NCBI GenBank assembly: GCA_035258805.1
Contig: DATFWY010000251.1
Location: forward strand, 843 to 64,842
DNA length: 64,000 nt
DNA from: Blastocatellia bacterium
Lineage (GTDB): Bacteria; Acidobacteriota; Blastocatellia; UBA7656
Reading direction: 5' to 3'
The stretch's first letter is position 1. Each line of letters opens with the position of its first letter. A model generated the notes under the pieces. That model saw nothing but the letters and a program-made list of their open reading frames with translations. It did no database searches and was not told where the DNA came from. A program made the position numbers and the translations under genes. Below, piece by piece: positions 56,839 through 64,000 of this stretch.

Positions 56839-57841
56839 CTACTTGAATCGAGGAATTACTTCTCGACCAAACAACTCAATGCACCGCAGAACATCCGAGT
56901 GATCAGGTCCGTGCGGATGCCGAAACATCAGGATCATCGTTTCACATCCGATTTCTGTTTGGTACTTCTCTATTTCGCGTATGACTACATCAGGTGTTCC
57001 GGCGATTAAGCGGCCGGATGCCGCCTGCTCGAAGCGCCAGCCTGATGGATCGACTCCTCCAGTGTCTTTGAATAGCCCGAGCTGAACATAAGGTTTATAG
57101 AAAGCCTTCACGCAAGGCCACCATTTGTCTACAACCTCGTGCTGGCTTGGGGCTACCCAGGCGCTTCGCGCCAGTGCCACCTCCGAAGGCCTGCCGTTAT
57201 CGACTGCGGATTGGCGATAAATCTTCGCCCACTCCCTAGTAGTCTCGATTCCCTGAAGATTGTCGGTGGGCCATCCGTCTCCAATTCTTCCTGCCCGCAA
57301 GAGCCCCGGTTTTGAAATCGCGCCAATCCAAATTCGTGGCCCATTCGGCTGCACTGGCCTTGGAGAAACGCGGACGTTTTCCAACTGAAAATGTTCGCCT
57401 GAGAATGAAACCGTCTCTTCAGACCACGCGCGCCTGATTACTTCGACACTTTCCTGGAAACGACGGACGATGCCGTTTTTAGGAATGCCAAAAGCTGATC
57501 GGTTTTTTTTGACCGAGTCCAACTCCGAGTATGAAGCGACCACGAGAGATGTTGTCGACAACTGCAGCAATCTCAGCAACGTGAACCGGATGCCACATTG
57601 GTAGCTGCATAACATCAGACGCAATGATCATCCGACTTGTCCGAGCCGCAAGCGCGGCGGAGAACGTGAGGGCCGATGGCAGGTAGCCATCTGGGCTGTG
57701 ATGGTGCTCGCCCACCACCGCAAAATCGAAGCCGAATTTCTCCGCCGCTTCAGCCTCGCGGAAGGCTTCGTTGTACACCAACGCGATGTTCTCGCCGCGA
57801 GGTGGATCTTGAGTGTTTAGAACTATCCCAAACCGCATCAC
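56839..57841 (-). pseudogene. LLM-class (luciferase-like) flavin-dependent oxidoreductase split by a frameshift
   Basis: N-part 57479-57841 (GEHHHSPDGYLPS, DNISRGRFILGVG); C-part 56839-~57510 (PRPVQPNGPRIWIG). The frames switch at an A8 run (T8 at 57503-57510). Confidence 0.85.
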
Positions 57842-57906
57842 ATTCTCGCGATCAAAAGAAAATACTTACTGGCGAAGAGAGTTCTTAGGATTGCGTGTTC
57901 GACCTC

Positions 57907-58016
57907 GAACCGCAGGGATTTACAATCTTGTTCCGGGAACTCTGCCACAATCGCGGTACTCTGCGTTCTCCGCGGTTAAAGTCATTTCAACCGCTTAGAG
58001 CGCTGAGGTAACAGAG
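57907..58016. repeat. Degenerate REP-like palindromic element (AACCGC...GCAGAG / CTCTGC...GCGGTT type)
   Basis: ctctgcgttctccgcggtt at 57959-57977, with aaccgc-containing arms on both sides. Confidence 0.4.
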
Positions 58017-58032
58017 GAATCTTAACAACACA

Positions 58033-59520
58033 TTAATTAATGCTCGCAGCGCGGCCAATTACTTTCTCAACGTCAGCCTCCACTAAGGTTCCTTTGAAGA
58101 AATCGGCATTCGTGCCGGCAAAGAGAGAGACCGGATTTCCGAAAACGAAATCGCGGAAATCGGTTTCAGTAATGAGTTCCTTGTCCACCAGCTCCCAGGC
58201 TTCCTCGACCACTCTTGCCATATCCGGGACATCCCAGTGCGAGATGTCCGAACCGAAGATTGCATTTAGTCGCGCTCCGAATGGATTTACTTTTGAGTTG
58301 AAGGACCACGCATTGATGGGATCATCGGCCTCACAGCCAAAATAGAAGCTATTCACAAAGAGATCGCGAATATCCTCGGCTTTTTGAATATTGCAGTAGG
58401 CCCATTCATCCGGTGTTGGTTCGGTCTGTTTTGCTTCGTCGCGAACGGCGGCTCCGGCCCCAAGAGCCAGCGGATCCCTGCCAAGCTGGTCCAAGCGTGC
58501 ACCCATCGATCCGCCATATTGCTTGTACAGGTCGAATAGCAGTTTGCGATCGAGGTTGGCAGGGTTGGTATTCTCAAGGGCGGAGACGTTGCGCTTCTCC
58601 CAGTGTCCTATCAAATCTGCGTACAAGCTGCACGCCCACCCGACTCCGCACTCAAGGAATGCAAACTTTAGGTTCGGGAACCGCCTTGTCACTCCTCCCA
58701 AAAAAAGAGATTTGCATACCGCTTCGCCGGCTGTAGCGAAGCTGCCAATATGGTTATACACATATGCGGAGATCGAGTTTCTACTTCCCCAACCTGTCGC
58801 GCCGGTATGAAAGCAGGGCGCTACTTTCAGCTCAACGCATTTTGCCCACACAGGATCATAGTCATACTCACTATCCAGCCCATACGTATCCAGCCAGAAT
58901 GCCCATCGCGATGCCTGGGGCATTTCGCGTATGGCGGCGGGAATGGGTCGACGCACATATGCCTGCATGAAAACGACCTTCATTCCCAGCACGTTAACGG
59001 CGTGTTCGAGCTCTTCAATCGCTTCTTGCGGTTTGTGCATCGGTATGACGGCAGCTGCAGTGATGCGATCAGAATATTCCCGGTACAGATCGGCGTAGTA
59101 GGTGTTGTATGCGCGGCAAACTGCGCGGCGCAATTCTTCGTCTTTCGGATAGGTGGCGGACATACCGACAGACGGAAAGAGCACAGTGAAGTCCATCCCG
59201 AATTCATCGAGCCGTTCGTATAGCAGGCGAGGCAGCGTAGCTGTTGCTCGATCCAATGTGTTCTTTGTGGGTGCGCCCCACCAGGGCGAACGGGCAACTC
59301 GTGTATCCAGCCGTTCTTCGGGCGACAGATGGTCCCAGCTGAATAACCTGCTGCCCGCTATTGACGACACGTAGCCGTCGACAACACCTGGTCCGCCGAC
59401 TTGTCTGAGGTAATCCAAGACATCAGGCTCGAACTCAATCATGTGCCCATCACAATCAATAATCGGATGACCTATATGGGCGCGAACGTTCGCAGATTTA
59501 CTCGCGCTGGGCTTGGTCAT
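58033..59520 (-). CDS. Amidohydrolase_2 family protein (decarboxylase/hydratase-like), cytoplasmic
   Basis: IDCDGH, CFHTG, FLECG, FGSDISHWD; likely ATG 59520. Confidence 0.9.
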   Translation of the reverse strand: MTKPSASKSANVRAHIGHPIIDCDGHMIEFEPDVLDYLRQVGGPGVVDGYVSSIAGSRLFSWDHLSPEERLDTRVARSPWWGAPTKNTLDRATATLPRLLYERLDEFGMDFTVLFPSVGMSATYPKDEELRRAVCRAYNTYYADLYREYSDRITAAAVIPMHKPQEAIEELEHAVNVLGMKVVFMQAYVRRPIPAAIREMPQASRWAFWLDTYGLDSEYDYDPVWAKCVELKVAPCFHTGATGWGSRNSISAYVYNHIGSFATAGEAVCKSLFLGGVTRRFPNLKFAFLECGVGWACSLYADLIGHWEKRNVSALENTNPANLDRKLLFDLYKQYGGSMGARLDQLGRDPLALGAGAAVRDEAKQTEPTPDEWAYCNIQKAEDIRDLFVNSFYFGCEADDPINAWSFNSKVNPFGARLNAIFGSDISHWDVPDMARVVEEAWELVDKELITETDFRDFVFGNPVSLFAGTNADFFKGTLVEADVEKVIGRAASIN

Positions 59521-60884
59521 GCTTCTCTCTCCGTTTCGACCAGGACAACCGGATCCGTCCATCCGGCATTTTCTTCCGGCTGCTCGTGCCCGCTCTTAAA
59601 TGTTCGTACTTTACTCGGACGAGCGCTCCAGACCAGCACAATCGATGAAGCTACAACGGCAGTGGCAATGATGAACATTGCGCGGTAGCCGCCGGTCTTA
59701 TCAAAAGCGTAACCACCCAACCATGCGCCGAAGGCTCCACCAAAGCCGCCCAGCATGTTCATCGCTCCAAAAATTGACCCGAATCGCTTCCCCTGAAAAA
59801 CATCTGCCGCTGACGCCATGATCGCCGGAAAACTCATACCGAAACCGACGCCAAAAAAGACCGCGTAACCGTAGAGTAGAATCGTGGTTGGATAAACCTG
59901 AATGAGACTGAGTGCAAGAATCCCGGCAATATAAATGATGGCGCTGAGAGTCAGCGTCTTTTCTCTTCCGACCCGATCCGACAGGATGCCTCCAACGAAA
60001 TTGCCCGCAGTCGACATCAGGCCCTGTAACCCTACAAACGAAGCGGCTGTGATGCTGCTGATTCCGGCTGATTGCAAATAGGCAACCAATTGAACGCCGA
60101 TGAGGAAAGTGGCTCCAGTGGCGACGATGAACAGGAGGGCCAACGCCCAGAAGCGATATGTCCTCGCTGCGTTCTTGAGAGTCCACTCCGTTCCGGCCCA
60201 CTGCCGATCCACAACAACCATCTGACGGCCACGGGCACCGTGCGAGCCAGTCCCGGCGCCGGACGAAACTTCCGGGTGATTCTCGAGGCCCTTATCTGCG
60301 GGCTTGTGCCTTTGAAACAGGATTATGATTGGCACCACTATGACTGTAATGATCGCCGCCAGCCAGATGTAGGCAACACGCCATCCGGAACGTGAAATTA
60401 CATACTGAATTGCCGGAAAGAAAACGAGCCTCCCCAGGCCGAGGCTTGCCATGATGATCCCCAGAGCAGTCGCACGATTACGCCCAAACCAGTTCGAAAT
60501 AATCGCAGCATGCGGCACGACTTGAACCGCACAGAGTCCGACCGCGCCTACCAATCCGAACCAAAGATAGAAATGCCACAACTGGTGAATCTGACTTGAT
60601 CCCACAAAACCAGCGGCGAGAAGCAGGGCCCCAATCGGCATAACAGTGCGTGGCCCGTAACGGTCTATCAGGAGTCCAATCAAAGGTGACAGCGCACCGC
60701 TGACGAACAGATTCAGCGAGTAAACACTTGCCGTCGCTGCGCGCGTCCAGCCAAACTCTGTCAATATTGGCGGGTAGAAGAGAGAGAAGGAAAACCACGC
60801 TGGCGAGACAATTGCCATCGTTACAAATGAGACGGCAACGACAATCCAACCATAGTAGACTTTTTGACTGGGCTTACTGTCCAT
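59517..60884 (-). CDS. MFS transporter (12 TM)
   Basis: YYGWIVV, GLLIDRYGPR, GILSDRVGR. Confidence 0.93.
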   Translation of the reverse strand: MDSKPSQKVYYGWIVVAVSFVTMAIVSPAWFSFSLFYPPILTEFGWTRAATASVYSLNLFVSGALSPLIGLLIDRYGPRTVMPIGALLLAAGFVGSSQIHQLWHFYLWFGLVGAVGLCAVQVVPHAAIISNWFGRNRATALGIIMASLGLGRLVFFPAIQYVISRSGWRVAYIWLAAIITVIVVPIIILFQRHKPADKGLENHPEVSSGAGTGSHGARGRQMVVVDRQWAGTEWTLKNAARTYRFWALALLFIVATGATFLIGVQLVAYLQSAGISSITAASFVGLQGLMSTAGNFVGGILSDRVGREKTLTLSAIIYIAGILALSLIQVYPTTILLYGYAVFFGVGFGMSFPAIMASAADVFQGKRFGSIFGAMNMLGGFGGAFGAWLGGYAFDKTGGYRAMFIIATAVVASSIVLVWSARPSKVRTFKSGHEQPEENAGWTDPVVLVETEREA

Positions 60885-60926
60885 TCTCTGATGACTGCCG
60901 CCCTATTCCGAGGGAAGCTGATATTC

Positions 60927-61595
60927 CTAATCCTTGGTTTTGAGGTATGCCTTGATACGATTCAACGTTGTCGCACCGATCCCCTTAACTCGCAGCAGAT
61001 CTCCGACTGACCCGAACGCACCGGAGGACTCGCGGCTCTCGACTATTGCTCCGGCAAGCTCAGGCGTCAGACCGGGTAACCGCGCGAGTGCTTCGGCCGA
61101 GCTTGTATTTAGATTCATTGGGAGCTGTTCAATGGGGTTCTTTTCGCCAAAATTTTTCGATAGGTAGTCGATCAGCGGTTGAACATCTTCTTTGTCAACA
61201 GGAGCCTGATACGCTGAGATCATCTTCTGAACAGTAGTGCGCCAGTTGCTGCTTGATTTTTTTTGAGTTATGACCTGACTAAGGTCATGGCAACTCGAGC
61301 ATGCCAGCGCGACCTCAGCCTTCCCCGACCCTTCCGGCAAGAAAACGCTCCAGTCAACTTTCTCCGCTTTAGTTCCAGCGGCATCTTGATTGGCGACCGT
61401 AGAACGCGCTGCGCTAACAAGCGAGGCAACTGCAACCGTCAAACAGATGACACATTTTGTCCATTTCAAACGCGGCAGCCTGGGCGCATCCGAACCGAGC
61501 CTTCCCTCCTGGCTGGCGCGATGCACCGGAGACTGTCCCGTCTCCGGTCGCTTACTATTTGTATTCCTTCTTGGCTCGATCAATCGCCTCGCCAT
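60927..61595 (-). CDS. Cytochrome c plus ComEA-type helix-hairpin-helix fusion
   Basis: CSSCH; MNLNTSSAEALARLPGL...GAF-x-SV-x-DLLRVKGIG. Confidence 0.88.
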   Translation of the reverse strand: MARRLIEPRRNTNSKRPETGQSPVHRASQEGRLGSDAPRLPRLKWTKCVICLTVAVASLVSAARSTVANQDAAGTKAEKVDWSVFLPEGSGKAEVALACSSCHDLSQVITQKKSSSNWRTTVQKMISAYQAPVDKEDVQPLIDYLSKNFGEKNPIEQLPMNLNTSSAEALARLPGLTPELAGAIVESRESSGAFGSVGDLLRVKGIGATTLNRIKAYLKTKD

Positions 61596-63105
61596 AAGCC
61601 TTCCGCGCTTCCTGCTTCATATAGGTTTCAGGGTCGTTGGCGTAGTCTTTCATGTAATCGCCAGGTACGTTTATACCGGGAATTGCTGGAATCCAGTCTT
61701 CGCTCAACAGATCGTCAACGGTGCCATATTCTGGATGACTGGCAACGATCTTTGCGGCCAGTTCTCGAACGCTCGGGTCATCCATTGCTGTCAGGTGCCC
61801 CTTGTCTATGAGCTTTACTTCACGACCATCCTTTAGCTTACAGGTGTAAGTTGCAAAGTAGAGGTGTGCGTGGAAGTGATAAAACGGCAGTGATGGTTTT
61901 TGCCTGAGAGCCCATATCAGGTCGAGCGCCTGGCCAATACCGAGGTGCATAACACCAGAACGATCCCGCTCGCCTATAAAAGTTGGTCGCACGGTCGATG
62001 ATTCAAAGACATTGAACGGACGAATGACTTTTGGAGACGTGCCGATCGCTGCCTCGATGAACCAGTCAATGCCGGGACCGGGATAGTGCGGGAATTTAAC
62101 GTCCTTGTATTTTTCGATGAAGTCGGTCCAGAGCTTACCGAATTCACCGCCCCCTTCGATCCGAGTAATTTTATTGTGCTCCAGGAAGATCTTGATATGC
62201 GGGTAAGGACCTATATGATCAGAAGTACCTGCGACAACCCCATGCAAGTCAGACTTTGGAAGCACGATCCCAAACGGATATCCGGTAAGGTGCCCCGAGA
62301 TGATTGGGTCTTTGAGTGAGCCGTGGTGATAGACGTGAGTGCCGAATCCCTCGGTTTGGTAGCCCGGGTAGTTGCCATCCATTATTTGCCAGTACTCAGG
62401 GAACCAGGTAAACGTGACATCCGTTCCTTCCGGATCGGTGATCCTTACGGTATCGGTCTGCCTGAGGACTTTCCAGGAGACGCGATCCATCGCCTCGATA
62501 AGTTCCTCCGGGTACATTACCGCGGGGCTCGCGAGTTGCTCGCGTGTGGGCCAATCCATTGAAAAGCTGTAATACTTCAGCGTGCAGTTATTGTTTGCCC
62601 AAAAGGTTTGTCCGATTACCTTGTCATAGCCGGATTTCTTTGCGACTTCTTCTGTCCACTCGGGCCCCCCGAGCATCCACGCAGCCGGTTGGCTATCTAC
62701 AAGGATCTTCATCAGTTCGGGTGTTTTGAAGAGCCTTCTCTTTCCTTGCTCCTGGAAGACGTCGACCTGACACTTCATTTCGTCCCTGAGTACGCGCATG
62801 AAGGCTTCGAGCACCAATGGGTCAACATCGCTGTCTATGACGAAGAGGACTTTCTCGCCTCCTTTAACCGCATAGCCGGGGCGTTGATCGCCGGTATAGG
62901 GCATTGGTCTCTGGACTATTCGGCGGACGTAAGGGAGGAGCTGATCGGCGGTAGTAATCTCGGGGATCTTAGGATAACGTGGCGCCGGATAATCAAACTT
63001 AGCAGCTAGTGGCTTTTCGCTTCTTGCGTGTGATGGAACAGTAGCAGGTAAAAAGACGAGAAGCGCGATTGAGACGATGAATAGGCGGAAAGCTTTTCTA
63101 AACAT
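61555..63105 (-). CDS. Secreted M29-aminopeptidase/NicX-fold metalloprotein 2
   Basis: Likely ATG 63105 with signal peptide; EAAIGTSP, HLGIG, HFHAH. Confidence 0.7.
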   Translation of the reverse strand: MFRKAFRLFIVSIALLVFLPATVPSHARSEKPLAAKFDYPAPRYPKIPEITTADQLLPYVRRIVQRPMPYTGDQRPGYAVKGGEKVLFVIDSDVDPLVLEAFMRVLRDEMKCQVDVFQEQGKRRLFKTPELMKILVDSQPAAWMLGGPEWTEEVAKKSGYDKVIGQTFWANNNCTLKYYSFSMDWPTREQLASPAVMYPEELIEAMDRVSWKVLRQTDTVRITDPEGTDVTFTWFPEYWQIMDGNYPGYQTEGFGTHVYHHGSLKDPIISGHLTGYPFGIVLPKSDLHGVVAGTSDHIGPYPHIKIFLEHNKITRIEGGGEFGKLWTDFIEKYKDVKFPHYPGPGIDWFIEAAIGTSPKVIRPFNVFESSTVRPTFIGERDRSGVMHLGIGQALDLIWALRQKPSLPFYHFHAHLYFATYTCKLKDGREVKLIDKGHLTAMDDPSVRELAAKIVASHPEYGTVDDLLSEDWIPAIPGINVPGDYMKDYANDPETYMKQEARKAYGEAIDRAKKEYK

Positions 63106-63230
63106 AGATTGCCTCGTTATCCGGGAGAGGTTGTAGTTTCTAAGGTTGCGCAAGAGGTTCGGGAAGGGACGCTGCTTATGTTGCGCTGGCACTCCTGCAT
63201 CTGCCTACGTTTCCATCTTTTGGGGATGCT

Positions 63231-63279
63231 GACTGATTGGTCGGTCACCTATTTATCAAACCGCTTGTTCAGATGTCAA
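63231..63279 (-). promoter_or_regulatory. sigma70-like promoter plus operator O4
   Basis: TTGACA (63279-63274), then TGaTAAATA -10-like sequence; GACTGATTGGTCGGTC at 63231-63246. Confidence 0.75.
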
Positions 63280-63333
63280 GCGAGATGCACGCCTCGATCT
63301 CGCGATCCACTCGACTACACAAAAAAACCCCCG

Positions 63334-64000
63334 TTATCGCGTCCAGCTATCCCCATTATTTGTCGAACGGAAAACCCCTCCACCCGTGCCCGCAAACAGT
63401 GTCCCCGACGAATTAAAAACCAAACTGTACACCAGCAAATTGCTCAGCCCCACATTGTGAGCCGCCCAACGTTCTCCATCATCCTCTGATCGGAAAACCC
63501 CTGTGTCACATCCCACAAAGACTTGACCCGCCGCATTGAATGCAAACGCATAAAGTTTGTTATTTACCAATCCCTCGTTTCTCGAAGTCCACGTAGCACC
63601 GTTGTCGGTCGAACGCGATACTCGCCCGCCCTTGGTGGCTGCGAAGAGTCTCCCTCCAGCACCAACTGCAATCCCTTGGGCATGATTGCTGGGCAACCCA
63701 CTGTTGATCGCAGTCCAGCTGTCGCCATTGTCCGTTGAACGGTATGCGCCACCGCCACCCGTTCCGGCAAAGATTTGTCCAGAACCGTTTATAGCAAAAG
63801 CAAGTATGAATTGATCATTTAATCCCTTGTTGATTGTTGTCCAGGTATCTCCATTGTCGCTTGATCGGTATGCGCCACCACCATTGGTGCCGGCGAATAT
63901 TTGTCCCGCCGAGCTTATCGCAAATGCATATATCGTCGGATTTGACAGTCCCCGGTTTACCTTCTTCCAACTCTTTCCCTGATCCGTTGAGCGGAGCACT
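63334..64000 (-). CDS. BNR/Asp-box repeat beta-propeller protein (5' part outside the window)
   Basis: Repeated RS-x-D-x-G-x-S/T-W motifs. Confidence 0.88.
   Translation of the reverse strand, partial: VLRSTDQGKSWKKVNRGLSNPTIYAFAISSAGQIFAGTNGGGAYRSSDNGDTWTTINKGLNDQFILAFAINGSGQIFAGTGGGGAYRSTDNGDSWTAINSGLPSNHAQGIAVGAGGRLFAATKGGRVSRSTDNGATWTSRNEGLVNNKLYAFAFNAAGQVFVGCDTGVFRSEDDGERWAAHNVGLSNLLVYSLVFNSSGTLFAGTGGGVFRSTNNGDSWTR

Noticed and set aside
15895-63105. Classical NRPS/PKS/RiPP biosynthetic cluster
   Set aside because: No condensation, ketosynthase or carrier domains and no convincing precursor peptide; the AMP-binding enzyme is a stand-alone CaiC-like ligase.

Overview
Bacterial window, probably Acidobacteriota (inferred from MTPERW-type Ser/Thr kinases and two large carboxypeptidase-like-N-domain TonB-dependent-receptor-like genes). 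Left ~15.5 kb is a decayed island zone. It holds a kinase locus present twice (each with an ECF-sigma stub), two tyrosine-integrase relics, an excisionase-like HTH, HIT, resolvase and cytochrome c peroxidase fragments, and an attP-like junction around a tRNA-Lys 3' fragment. From ~15.9 kb to ~63.1 kb lies a dense, nearly intact gene cluster. Four sigma70-like promoters each carry the same 16-bp palindrome (GACTGAYYGRTCRGTC) over the predicted start site, suggesting one repressor-controlled regulon; a TetR gene ends the first operon. The cluster encodes seven paralogous alpha/beta-hydrolase-fold proteins (12 domains) lacking the canonical catalytic triad, two secreted M29/NicX-like metalloproteins, a TAT-signal ThDP enzyme, a GMC flavoprotein with two TAT partners, five copies of one cytochrome c module, a PQQ-type propeller, four amidohydrolases, a CoA ligase/thiolase-like/DUF35 module and transporters. 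The substrate or product cannot be read from the sequence. All family calls come from motif recognition by eye; no database search was run.
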